DNA of 64,000 nucleotides from Lobosporangium transversale. Lineage: Eukaryota. The notes under the pieces were generated by a model. It was not told the DNA's origin, ran no database searches, and saw only the letters and a list, made by a program, of their open reading frames with translations. Shown here piece by piece: positions 23,575 through 35,727 of the stretch. Position numbers and translations under genes: made by a program. Position 1 is the stretch's first letter; each line of letters begins with the position of its first letter. The stretch is from positions 744,001-808,000 of the forward strand of contig NW_019028982.1 of the NCBI RefSeq assembly GCF_002105155.1, given 5' to 3'.

Positions 23575-24992
23575 TTATAGTAGGCTACCACCTTCTAATT
23601 TCTGTTTCTCTTTCAAGAGCAAGCCAACCTGCCAATCTGGCATTCCACCACTATGAAGCCTATCAAATCCCTGGCATGCTTCGCGAAACAAAGTTGCATC
23701 GTGCTCTCGCTCTGCTTTTGCTAGGCTTTTGAGCACTCTCAAACCCTGGGACGCTCCAAAGTCAGGACAAGCCTCTTCAAAGTGCTCAATATCTGTCTCA
23801 AACACTATCCAGTCGCCCTGAGTAGCGCCCAGATGCGCAATAATAGCATTCAGGATATGATCTCGCGTTGTATATCGAAGGATCTCTTGCGACATGGTCT
23901 CTGGAATGATAGTTTCCTTGTAGAGCGAAAATGCTTGTGCATAGTTATGTAGAACACAAAGTTGCTCTGCTAGTCGTATCGTTGCATGCAGAGCTCGCCT
24001 ATAGCAAAGTTTTGTGTAAGCTAAATATTTTGTAATATGAAAACCAGCCCAAAAGTTTAAGCATCACTGCAAATGTCGCTTACCCATCGCCAGCGCTTTG
24101 AAATAGCTCTGCTGCTTCGCGATACATCTCTGCCGCCTTCTTGGGATCTTGTGACTTAAGGAGGTCACCTAACTGATTGTAAATCTTGGCAGCTCTGGAG
24201 GCACCTCGATCATTCGATCGGAACAGCCTGGCAGCGTTCTCTAGACATTGAAGGGCAGGCCCTTAAAAAAAAAAAAAAAAAAGATAAGAGATCACAGCTC
24301 CTTGTCCGAGAGTCATCGCAGTGTCATAAACTCCGACTTCGTGGTACCTGTTTGCTTAACCATTTGGTACGCTTTGAACGCATCTTCATAGGCTCCTGCT
24401 GCTTCCATAAAATTAAACTGTGATCCGCTCTTTTCGTATAGCTTTGCTGCATCAACATACGCTCTGGCTGTCTCATGGTCTTGATATATATTGATTGAAA
24501 GCATACATATATATATATGTTTGTCCAGCCATGCAAAACATTCAAAAAGTGCCAAGAATGAGACAAATCATAGCTTATGGATGTTCTACACAGAAACTTA
24601 CAGTCTTTATTGATTTTAGCTTGGACGGCCTTCTGTTTCCGGTCTTCCGCTTGAGAGGTCACTTGGGAAGTGCCTGCTTCTGAGAGCTCCTGTAACTCGG
24701 AGATGACAAACCATTGGTGAAATATGCCCAAGTACTGTCCTGAATCGTCATTGAGCGTCGCAAGGAGGAAGAAGTAGTAGTCAGTGATTGTATGATCAGG
24801 GACAGTAGGCCCTACCAAAGGCTCGAGGATATTCCTTGTAAACCATCCAGATCGCGTTGATGAAGACGCTGTGGAAGTGGAAGCAACCTTGGACTTGCGT
24901 CGGGTGGTGATGAATGGTGCAAATGTCTCTGACTTTGGTTTTGTCTGATTTGCGACTACGGCTGTTAAAATAACGAATATTATGGCCAACAT
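23575..24992 (-). CDS. SNAP (soluble NSF attachment protein)-like protein with an N-terminal hydrophobic segment and an extra small domain, 4 exons, about 374 aa
   Basis: Exons 24992-24602, 24479-24348, 24261-24084, 23998-23575 splice in frame. TPR-like repeats (AYVDAAKLY, EAAGAYEDAFKAY, AAEMYREAAELF) and an alpha-SNAP-like C-terminus (LRYTTRDHILNAIIAHL..CPDFGAS..FD..DWQVGLLLKEK..LL). Confidence 0.7.
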
Positions 24993-26114
24993 CTTGTTCA
25001 GGCACGGACAAATTGCGGTCGAGGTAACGAGTTATTGAATTCCTTTGTCTAAATTGATAATCGCAATGTCCGTTATTGGCTTCTCATTTCCCTTCGTGAG
25101 AAAATGTCTTGGTAGATCAAGTAATGGAAATAGAGAAAAGTGAATTTGGTCGTTCTTTCACAGCCACTGAATTATTTATTGCATTATTAATGTTGCATAA
25201 AATGAGAAACCATGCTTTCTTGGATGAACAAAGAAATCGGTCGACTTCTTTCCTCCTCTCGCTTTACTATCTACTTCCTGCGCATCTTGACTTCATTTTT
25301 TTATTTTATTTTTTATTTATTCATTGCGCTCCTTGAAATTCGTCTCTTTGCTGCCCGCTCCTTGCATTGCTTGGAGTGGGCCTGATATATCTACCATCAT
25401 TCTTATTCATGCCATGCTCCACCAATTGGAATTGTGCAATTTTACTTCAGGCATTACAGAGCAATGTAAAAAGGTCAGGGCCGAGCTATTAGGAGAGACT
25501 ATCATACATAGGATTAAGATCCTTTGAGTTTTTATAAGTTTATTTATCATTCCGATTCAGGCCAGTTATATGTAAGAAATTGTTTCACGGCAATCGCGTC
25601 GCAAAAGTCCAGACTAGCATGAGTACCTTCTAACAGACGCTTTTTTAAGTTTAGGTCCTGTCCGTGATAGATGGCATGAAGCCTAACAAAGGTAAATGAT
25701 AGTGTAAATGTAGAATAGCATTTGCTACCCTTGACTGGTATTGATGTCTTCAATTATTGAAAGATGAATTATTGTATTCTTTGACTCGGTTCACTGTTAG
25801 ATCACACTTCTCACGGATGAGTTCAAGGGCTGCAAACATCCAAGCAATATAATCACTCACACCGCAAAAAAAAAAAAAAAAAAAAAAATTAGATGTATCA
25901 ATATTTCAGTCAATCAAGAACATTTATATAATCGCAATCGAAGCTTCAAGAACGCCAGGAATTATATTTCATTCTTGAAAGCAATCAATACAGATACAAG
26001 GCACCAGGGTCGAGAGCTGATCCAATATATACCATTCAACAACTTTTTGCATTTTTTTTTTTTCCGATGAAGTTTCTGTTCTCAATCTCCCCTGTTCCTT
26101 TCGTCAGAACCATC

Positions 26115-26145
<31 letters not shown>

Positions 26146-26570
26146 AAAATCCCTAACACAACAGTCCATACATTTTTCTATTACAGGTTTTTGTTTTGTT
26201 TGTTTTTGGGTTCTAAATGCAAGCAATTGAAGACATGGAATTATATACTTGATTGGCTTTTATATATATAATTGTGCACCACTACGATGTAAGTCCTCTT
26301 CATGAGACTTCTCTGTTGCTAAAGCTCTTCACTTATAATATCCATTGTTCTTCATGCTCTTTATTGAAGAATGAATTCTTCAGATTTTGTCCCATTCTAT
26401 GTACATATCTATCGCGCTTGTATATACTACTGATAGAGGACATAATAAATATGTAATTTTTTTAAAAGGTTGTGGACCTATATCACATGTCTAATTTGCA
26501 TGATGGCTGTTGACGGAGCTGGAAGTATTGGACAATCAAGGTTATCTCGTCGCTATCCACTTCATGGGTT

Positions 26571-26605
<35 letters not shown>

Positions 26606-27632
26606 GAAAAAAAAAGCGTATAACAGGTACATGTACATACTTTTTAAGAAAACAAAGGAAGATTTCAAAAAAGCGGAAGGAGTGGCAGTTTTTTGGGGAA
26701 TAAGAAAAGCTGAGCTGTCATTGGCCGAATTGGAGCATATTTAGCACGTATTTTTGCGTGATGTGATTGATTACATGTTTATGGGTATGAAGGATTAAAT
26801 TTTCAATAATTGGGGAACATGCGGCGTTATAGTAGACCCATGGGGCGTTCCTTCAGAGCGGGAAGGTGAATTGATGAAACAATATTAGTTTTTTTCCCAT
26901 CGAGAGGCAAAACACGCAGCTTGTTTGTACACATTTATTCGACTGCAGTGTGTGGTGCGTGAGCATTTGGGTAAGATAGAAAAAAAGAATAGGACCTCTG
27001 GCTTTTCTCCACGGAGACGAAAAAAAATAAAAATGTACATGTACGCCTCAGACACGCGTCCCATTGTGAATAGGGATTAAAAACAACAAAATGGTAGAAA
27101 AACACATATTTTCTACATGGTGTCTGGTATAGTTACAAGACAGAGGGCTAGGTTTATATGATGGTATATGACTATGTTCGTAGCATAAGACCAGGATCAA
27201 TTCACATCTATGATGGATCTGATTGTTGTCAATGGTCTTGCTCATGAACAATGCATCCACCATAAAGTCTGTTTGATTATGCATCATCTGACACGCTTTC
27301 CAAATGATGAATTTCGATTTTCATTTTCATCATTTTTATGATTTTTAAAAAAATATTGACCCAAAATATTTTTTCGCGTAATGATCTTTTTGACGCGACT
27401 CTTTTTTTTTTTTTTTTTCTTTTTTTGTTGAATGAGTTCTTTATAAGCCGATGCATCTCGATTCCTTCTAATCTTTTTCCCTTCTTTTTTTTTCTTTTTC
27501 TTTCTTTTCTCTCTTTCCTCTTTTTTTCTTCACTCAACCGCCCGCTCACATTCACTCTTGTTTATACACCCGCTTCCAAAGCACACTTCCAACTAAACCT
27601 CTCTCCCTTATACATATACATATACTGTCAAC

Positions 27633-27824
27633 ATGGCCAAGGAAAAGAGTGCCAAGAAGTCCCCTGCCTCTGGCACCAAGAAGCTCTCCCCTTACAACAA
27701 GTTCATGAAGGCTGAGCTTGCCAAGCTCAAGGCTGAGAAGCCCGATCTCGGACACAAGGAGGCCTTCAAGGAGGTTGCTGCCCGCTGGAAGGATGCCGCC
27801 GAGAACCCCAAGAATGCCAAGTAA
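27633..27824 (+). CDS. Small HMG-box/YABBY-like DNA-binding protein, 63 aa
   Basis: LSPYNKFMKAELAKLKAEKPDLGHKEAFKEVAARWK; strongly GC3-biased codons suggest high expression. Confidence 0.85.
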   Translation: MAKEKSAKKSPASGTKKLSPYNKFMKAELAKLKAEKPDLGHKEAFKEVAARWKDAAENPKNAK

Positions 27825-29147
27825 AAAAAATGCAGGAAGGGACTCTTTGTGAGCAGATGGCAATAGTAGGGAAGGGAAGGAGGATGAAAAAGTGGTGACA
27901 ATGGTCCACACCTGTACCATAATCAACCCATCAGAAAAGTTTAAAAAAAAAAAAAAATTCAACGGCGGGAGGACCTTTGATAGAGGGCTCTATTATTCTC
28001 AGTCGTTTTGATGTTCCTCAAGTTTTCTTCTAGTGTAGACTTCAAGACTCCGAGATGATGGCTAGCAATCTATTCCTTTTTTTTCCTTCCTTACCAAACT
28101 TTTAAGTTGCCTTTTTTTTTCCTTTCTGTTATTTTTTTTTTTTCCTTTGAACAAATGTACCATTATTAAAGCCTTTTATATTTCCCCTTGTTCAAATACA
28201 AATCAGTTTGTCTTATTTATCGGTACTTGTGCCAATAGTACATAGTGTTATTAGGGGAACAAGCGTAAAAAAGAAAACTATGGATTAGAAGATGAACAAG
28301 AACTGTGCGACCAGTGCGTTGAGTTGGTCAGAGTCCTCCCTTTTTTTTCTTCTGATACTTGTGTATCCCTTTTTCCAAAGGAATGAAGGCGTGTATCGTA
28401 TATAGATTTATACATATCAGCCGACAGAATGGTATTATGCGGCCTTATGCGATTATCAACGATGCAAGCATCTTTTGTGTTAAGGGAGAGCCTTTGTGCA
28501 AGCAAAAAAAAAAAAAAAAAAAAAAAAGCAAAACAAAAAAAAAAGGCGTACTTTGGAAACTACTTTACTATACTCAAGTAATTACCAACAGATGGGCTTC
28601 CATGAATCAGCATGGTAATGGATGTTCAATAATGAACCAGTTGACCCATCCGACCCACACTCGCTCCGCCTCTTTGTTTTTTACCGTTTTGGCTTTAACC
28701 ACTGACAAGAAAAGTCAGGTGAATTATGTGGTAGGAAGATGCACGTGCGCTCAGCCACCGATCTATATCATAATATTGATGTTGGTTCGGACATTCAAAT
28801 CAGTGTTTGAATTCTAATATCCCTCAAAAAGTTGGTTACCATTCAAATTCATTCATGTATCTGTAAATTTCTGTATATTACATTTGAGCAAGCATACATC
28901 CCATATTCAGGAAAGCTCTTTGCTGTGTACTCTTTATTTATGAATGGAGTATTCATTAGTTTGTAATGTATAAATGTATATGAATATTTATATAAATGAA
29001 TATAAACATGAATATATAAAATTATGAACTGTCAGAATCAAAGTTGTCAATGTGGCGTGTGTCTATTTTTGTCCCTGGAGGTCACAGCAACCTTGCAGCT
29101 CAAGTTTCTTTCTCTTCATTCACTACTGCATTTTCACTCCATTCACC

Positions 29148-31127
29148 ATGAGCATCTTCAATAGACATAGGGCTATGCTGGGTGCACTGCTTATATTTTG
29201 CATAGGGTCTCTACTCACCATGTCTGTACATCATCCAGTTTCTACTCACATATCTGACAACAGCAGTAGTAGCGGCAGTAGCAGTAGCAGTAGTAGTAAC
29301 ATAAAGGAAAACATAGGATGGACAGTTGTCAAATCACCATCTGGTTCTTCATCGTCATCGTTGCACGATCCAATACAGGAAGACAAGCTCGGTACTGGTG
29401 CACCGGGAACAGATCTTGAGAACAATAGTGAGCTCGACAAGGCACCTATAGACTACTCTTCCATGTCCGTTGATGCTCTCAAGCGACTCCTCCGTGGCAC
29501 TATTATGGAAACAACTGAAAATTTACTCGATCCTGATCGACCCATTCGACCTAGGAGTCCAGATTATCCTTCAAGGCCACAATTGTCGCAGGAAGAAGAA
29601 GCGATTGAGGAAGAGCTACAACAGGAAAGCGAAATTGACTATGAGGAGGGAGAGTTGGAGCAAAGTGATTCTAGTACAGGTGATGAAGGGCAAGAAGAGT
29701 ACTTGGAGGAGACGGAAGAGGACCAAGGGGAGGTAGCAGACGGAATTGAGGAAGGGCTAGAGGATGGCATTACTGATGACACAGATTCTTTACAGGATGA
29801 AGAGGAAGCAGAATTAGAGTCAGCAATTCCAGATCCTCAATATGAAGGGAGCGACCCAAAGTCAACCAACGAAAAACATCTACTCTCTGATTTTGATGTC
29901 AACAATGTACTATCAAGTACAGACAGCTATCTTTTATTTATTCCTTCTGGAAAGACCATTGAGGCTCAATTCTTCTCATTAATCACTTCACTCTGGATTG
30001 CAAGGCATTCAAATCGTACATTGATCATCCCACCGCCGATGATGGCGCCTCCTTCTCTCAATCACATCTATCCCTTTTTCGCAGGACCCAAGGGTAGAAA
30101 GCGACAACGCTGGAGCACGCTTTTTGATTTAAGAGTCATCTCTAACTTGCAGCCGATAGTTTTGATCGACAATACACGGCCAGTATTGCAGACGCCCTTC
30201 ACTGCAGAGATGGCCCAGGAGGAAGAGACGCCAACAGTTAATCACCAGTCGGTTCCATATGAATCGCCTGAGGATGCAGTTGAGTTGGATGGAACTATAG
30301 ACGCAACAACAATAAAGTGCCATGGTCCTCCTACTTCGAGCTCATGGAAAGCGTTGGATTTCGCCGGTCGACACTTTTTGAATCGATATAACCTTGTCGC
30401 CAACTTTGAGGTCCTTGATGATTCTTATTGGAATTTGAAGCCAGAGGCCATCCAGAGGAACTGGCAGGCACGGTTACAATCTCAGCCTAATAGTTTTGAC
30501 ATGGATGGTCGCCATCAACAGCTGGCATGTATCTCAGGCGCTGATCTTATCGGAATGGAGGACCCTGCTATGGAGCAAATGATTTGGCAAGAGATTGGTC
30601 TACAAATTCCGTATGCCGCAGGGATTCGGCAGTTGGGATTCCAAAGCGTAGCGCAAGCGCTGAGGGGGATTGAGAAGGATGGCAAATCCAGAGGCTATAT
30701 CGGCGTCCATATCGACAAATTACCTTCTGAAGAATCCTGTCGCCTCAAAACAACTCCCAGCTGGGCCTCATCATGTCAATGGACGGTCAATCAGATCGCC
30801 AAGCGGATTGCTCTTCTCCAGCGGACTGAGGCAGGACCAAGACCTGTGGTCGTAACCACGACAGAGACAGATCCAGATGTGCTGACCAGGATCGATCAGC
30901 AACCAGGATGGTTTCGTATCAGCGAGGAAGATAATGTCGATGGCCTGTTTGATATGTCAAATGATGATTTGGGAGGATATGCGGCTGCAGTAGCACGATC
31001 CCATGTGATAGCCAACAGTGCTGTGTTTGTGGGTAGTCGTGAATCAGCGACCTCAGTCCACGTCGCGTTCCGGATCAAGAATGAAGGTCGTTTCAAGCAA
31101 ACAATCCCACGGTGGGAACTGTATTAA
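29148..31127 (+). CDS. Type II membrane protein with an acidic stem and a GDP-fucose O-fucosyltransferase-like domain
   Basis: N-terminal TM (LGALLIFCIGSLL), Ser/Glu-rich stem, then Q..SL..IARHSNRTLIIPP, YIGVHI and AVFVGSRESATS, resembling O-FucT family motifs. First ATG taken as 29148. Confidence 0.6.
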   Translation: MSIFNRHRAMLGALLIFCIGSLLTMSVHHPVSTHISDNSSSSGSSSSSSSNIKENIGWTVVKSPSGSSSSSLHDPIQEDKLGTGAPGTDLENNSELDKAPIDYSSMSVDALKRLLRGTIMETTENLLDPDRPIRPRSPDYPSRPQLSQEEEAIEEELQQESEIDYEEGELEQSDSSTGDEGQEEYLEETEEDQGEVADGIEEGLEDGITDDTDSLQDEEEAELESAIPDPQYEGSDPKSTNEKHLLSDFDVNNVLSSTDSYLLFIPSGKTIEAQFFSLITSLWIARHSNRTLIIPPPMMAPPSLNHIYPFFAGPKGRKRQRWSTLFDLRVISNLQPIVLIDNTRPVLQTPFTAEMAQEEETPTVNHQSVPYESPEDAVELDGTIDATTIKCHGPPTSSSWKALDFAGRHFLNRYNLVANFEVLDDSYWNLKPEAIQRNWQARLQSQPNSFDMDGRHQQLACISGADLIGMEDPAMEQMIWQEIGLQIPYAAGIRQLGFQSVAQALRGIEKDGKSRGYIGVHIDKLPSEESCRLKTTPSWASSCQWTVNQIAKRIALLQRTEAGPRPVVVTTTETDPDVLTRIDQQPGWFRISEEDNVDGLFDMSNDDLGGYAAAVARSHVIANSAVFVGSRESATSVHVAFRIKNEGRFKQTIPRWELY

Positions 31128-31431
31128 ACTCAGTTTTAATTGTAATAAAATTTATAGAAGACAAGCATCATGGAATTAAAAGAAAAAGCTGTGGACGTCA
31201 TCGAATGGTGACGTAAATACGGCTACAAATGTGTTATGTCTACATCCACCCCAACCAGCACAAACTCTCTGCGACTGGCACAGAATGCATGCAGCTTTTC
31301 CTAATCAATTCTATTTTCAAAATTCATTGCAAGACATCATCTATTTCTTTCACCTTCGCCATCATCAACTTCGTATTTTATCACTTCCATCTTTATCGCT
31401 CATCTTCATTTCCCAATAATATAGCATTTGA

Positions 31432-31665
31432 ATGCACTCCATGTACATGCAGCAAGCTGGGGCAAGGACTGGTCCAAATGACCGGTTCTATGCAGGAGGA
31501 ATCAATGGCATGAGCAACAGCCAAATTGCTATGCAGCTTCAGCAGCAACAGTTGCATCAACAACAGCAACAGCAGCAACAACAGTTACACCAACAACAAC
31601 AACATCAACAGCAGCAGGCTCAGGCCCAAGCTCAGGCTCAAGCTCAGGCTCAAGCTCAAGCTCAA

Positions 31666-31703
<38 letters not shown>

Positions 31704-33300
31704 CCAAGCTCAGGCCCAGCAACAAGTTCAGCAGCAACAAGCACAACAGCAACAAGTTCAGCAGCAGTATCGCTTGGCAAGCATTGAGGATGAGAAGATT
31801 TATCATCTTGTTCTGGAACTGATCCACCCTGTCAACCGTGAGCAAGCCCTTTTGGAGCTTAGCAAGAAACGCGAGCAATTCGAAGAGCTTGCATTGGTTC
31901 TGTGGCACTCCTATGGTACGTCGAAACACAAAATTATCAAGAATTATATTAATTGTTGCCACTGATCTGATGCTTGTCTAAATTCTGCTATGCTTCATAA
32001 TCAGATCGTGTGATCCAAGTAAATGTCCTTTTCACCAAAAAAAATTAAATGGGAAATCACTAACCTCTCACTGCCTTTTTTTATTTTATTTTATTTTATT
32101 TTATTTTTAATCATATTAGGTGTGATGGCTGCTCTTCTTCAGGAGATTGTTGCAGTGTATCCATTGTTGGCGCCCTCAGGATTGACGGCTCATGCCTCGA
32201 ACCGTGTTTGCAACGCGTTGGCGCTTCTGCAATGCGTCGCTAGCCACCCAGAGACTAGGGGACTGTTCCTAAATGGTGCGATATTTCAAATATAAAGCAG
32301 TATACTAATAGTAAAGCTTGAGATGAAGTATTCATTTCCGTGTATCTATTATGTTTCTAATCTTTACTGGTTTCCTTCTTTTAACATTTTTAGCCCATAT
32401 TCCGCTGTTTCTCTACCCTTTCTTGAACACCACCAGTAAGACTCGGCCTTTTGAATACCTTCGGTTGACTAGCTTGGGTGTGATTGGCGCTCTTGTCAAG
32501 GTTAGAATATATATTTCTAAGGTGCATTATTTATATGCCAAAGGAACTTTGTTCCCTCGCTAACCGATATTCTCTTCATAAATGTAATGATTTTTTTTTT
32601 TTTAGAACGATAACACGGAGGTTATTACTTTTTTGCTTTCGACTGAAATTATCCCGCTGTGTCTACGCATCATGGAAACAGGAAGCGAACTTTCGAAAAC
32701 TGTATGTTTTCAAAAATTGAAGGAAGCTTTTTATTATTATTATTATTACTATTATTATTATTTATTTATTTATCCAACAGGACTGATGGTATTGGTACTG
32801 AAAACTCATTGGGGTTCTCTTTTTTTTCCCCTGGCTTATTTTATTTTCCTAGGTTGCAATCTTTATTGTGCAGCGAATCCTTCTGGATGACATGGGACTT
32901 GCCTACATTTGTCAGACATACGAACGATTCTATGCAGTAGGCACTGTTTTAAGCAATATGGTTCATCAGCTTGTCGACACCCTTGCTGTGCGCCTACTTA
33001 AACATGTTGTTAAATGCTATCTTCGACTCTCGGACAACCCAAGGTACAATAACAAGAGTCAGCAATATTTTGATGTCCTTTAATCTGGAATGGGTTAAGT
33101 ATGGCTTTTCAAATAACGCATGTTGCTAATATCAATCTTCTATGGCTTACAATTACAGAGCCCGTGAAGCATTGCGTCAATGCCTACCTGAGCCTTTGCG
33201 TGATGGGACCTTCGCTCAGTCCCTGAAGGATGATCTTGCCACCAAACGATGCCTGACGCAACTGCTGATCAACTTGTCAGAAAATGCGCCCGCAAACTAA
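31432..33300 (+). CDS. CAF40: CCR4-NOT subunit CAF40/RCD1/CNOT9, 6 exons
   Basis: [98 protein letters not shown]. Stop at 33298-33300. Confidence 0.95.
31533..31766 (+). repeat. Coding poly-Q and (QA)n repeat at the CAF40 N-terminus
   Basis: CAG/CAA runs flanking about 17 CA(A/G)GC(T/C) units. Confidence 0.9.
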
Positions 33301-33423
33301 AGTGTTTTTGTGGTGTGCCTGACTATATATATTGCGTTAATTAATACCCAACTCCTTAATGCTGCCTCTAACAACTGGTGAACCCGTGGACTTGTTCTTC
33401 TTTTTACTTTTATTTGTATCCTC

Positions 33424-33457
<34 letters not shown>

Positions 33458-33689
33458 GCTGTACCGCATCTATTTTTTTTTATCCTTTTATTACATTTTT
33501 TTTTTCGTTTTTCTGTCCTCACTTTGCTTAACCTCTTAAAATGTACATATAAATGCATCAAGGGACCATTTGTTTAAAAAGATACTCATTTAATTAATAA
33601 ATAGACGTTATTTGTTTCTCACGTTAGTATAATTGTATCAAATGTGATAAATAGTAAAAAAAAATATAAAAATAAAAAAAGGGTCATCT

Positions 33690-34388
33690 TCAGTGGTCAG
33701 TATGGAGGATATCACTGTTGTCTCTATGAATTTTGTTGACGCCAATGGACTTCTTGAGAGCTTTTTTAATTTGTTCCTTAAAGTTATCGGAGCAGCCGTT
33801 CAAGACATTGTGGAGACCATTTTTAAAGACGTCGGCTGCAAGGTCTTGATAGCTCTTGTGATCACGGATCATGGGATAGAGGCACTCACAGATACTAGTG
33901 AGGGCACCGCCAGAGACAGCATTGATACCCGCTTTGACTGCCTTTACAATCCAGTTATCCTTCTCGCACCATGAGCCTGAATTCTTGAGCTGGTTAAAAA
34001 TGCCCTCACCAAACTTGCCTTGGAAAATCAGCTTTAAGTTTTCCCAATAGGAGACAAAGTAATTCTTGATGTCCGAGAAGAGACCATTCTGACGAAGGAG
34101 CAGGTTCTGGCGCTGCTGTTGACGACGTGTAGCTACAGTAGCAGTGGCCATCTTGTTGTCCTGCTTGGAGCCAGGGTTGGTCAAAGGAATGTCGGCAAAG
34201 ATGTCCTCTATTATCTGGTTCAACTTGGCTTGGGGCTCGTCACAGAAGATCTGAAGGTCAGGATCAGCCGCTACACAGGCTGCTTTTCCAGAGCCATGAT
34301 CTTTTCTGGCTGCTTCAACTTGATAGATACAGAGAATCGCGATCGCACAGGCGAATATAGTAAAGTGCTGGATGAATGAGGATTTCAT
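33690..34388 (-). CDS. Small predicted secreted, Cys-containing protein of unknown function, 232 aa
   Basis: Intronless ORF with signal-peptide-like N-terminus (MKSSFIQHFTIFACAIAILCIYQVEA) and six further Cys. Confidence 0.7.
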   Translation of the reverse strand: MKSSFIQHFTIFACAIAILCIYQVEAARKDHGSGKAACVAADPDLQIFCDEPQAKLNQIIEDIFADIPLTNPGSKQDNKMATATVATRRQQQRQNLLLRQNGLFSDIKNYFVSYWENLKLIFQGKFGEGIFNQLKNSGSWCEKDNWIVKAVKAGINAVSGGALTSICECLYPMIRDHKSYQDLAADVFKNGLHNVLNGCSDNFKEQIKKALKKSIGVNKIHRDNSDILHTDH

Positions 34389-35516
34389 TTTTTTTTTTAA
34401 AAAAAAAAAGGAAGTTGCAAGGGATTAAGAGGGTAGAGGGATAAGGAAAGTGAAAAAGTCCTTGAGAGGCCAGTCGTTATGCGATGGTGAAAAATCAATG
34501 ATAAGGGAGAGAGGATTAGGGTCATTTTATACATCAATTGGTTCTCGCACTGGTTCTTGTATCTAAGGTAAAAAAAAAAAAAAAAGAAAAAACACTCGTG
34601 TGGATGCTCTCCTCTCTCTTCATGACAGGAGTACTAGAGCTGTCTTGTAGTCCTATGAAATTTCAATGGCACTCGATTCTTTTTTGTAGAACGGTTGGTG
34701 AATGTGCTAGTGTATTATATTGTTCTTCGACATTGCAGCATGCAGTATGCAGCATGAGCCCCATGATAAGCGCGAAATAACGGGTCGGTAAGTGAAATCA
34801 ATGTATTACCATGTGTACCTGAATAAGGGTCAGGTACCAGATATAATGTATCCAGCCTTCCCTGTTTTACGTGTTTTGAGCAAATCATCACATTTTTTTC
34901 TCACATCTACTTTGCTTTACTTTCCTTTTTTTTTTGAGAGAGAGAGAGAGATGTACACTATCGAATACTTACTATAAGTCAAACTCCGGAAGGCGTCAGA
35001 GAGCGTAAAACCAAGGAATCACCAAGATTAAAGCCAACCTAAATATAGGGCATCTGAATGTAGTCGAAGAAAGGAAGCGTCAACTTTTCTCTCGTACAAC
35101 ACGTAGATACTTTCTGAACGACCCTATTTTCAGTCCCTTTCAGGCGCAAATCGTCATCTCTATTCTATCTTCCATCCCTCCCAAAGTGTTTTTCGTGTCT
35201 TTTAAAAAAAAAAAAAACTGCTGATCTAATGTTGTACATCGTAATACATAGTATATTCTTTTTAGTGAAGAGGGCAAATTGCCTCTTCCGAGTTTGTGCT
35301 CATTTCTTTTTTGACAAGGTAGGATGGAGGGCGTCTCGAATGTTTGGTTATACCGTAGGCAAGGCCAAGCACTAGAATATACAAAGTAAGAGCTTTTTTT
35401 TTTTTTTTTTTTTTTTTTGGAAAAATCCATGAGAAGGTTAACGCGTGGGAAGTACCTGAATGAACTTTATTTTTTGAAATAACCTTAGTTCGTGATTATC
35501 TCTATAAAACACATTG

Positions 35517-35551
<35 letters not shown>

Positions 35552-35727
35552 CAGGGAGTTATGTTGGTTACTCCGTTCGATACAAGAATAACCATTGATC
35601 CTTAAATGGTATATGACCAGCTCATTTTACTTGTTATACATTTTTATAGGCATAGCTGCGGTTAAATTATATTATGTATTTTATGTATATTACTATGCGT
35701 CAAGGCGACTTCAAGATAAAAAATACC

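Noticed and set aside
31526..31962. Alternative-frame ORFs with (LR)n, (PE)n or (LS)n repeats
   Set aside because: Shadows of the CAF40 QA repeat.
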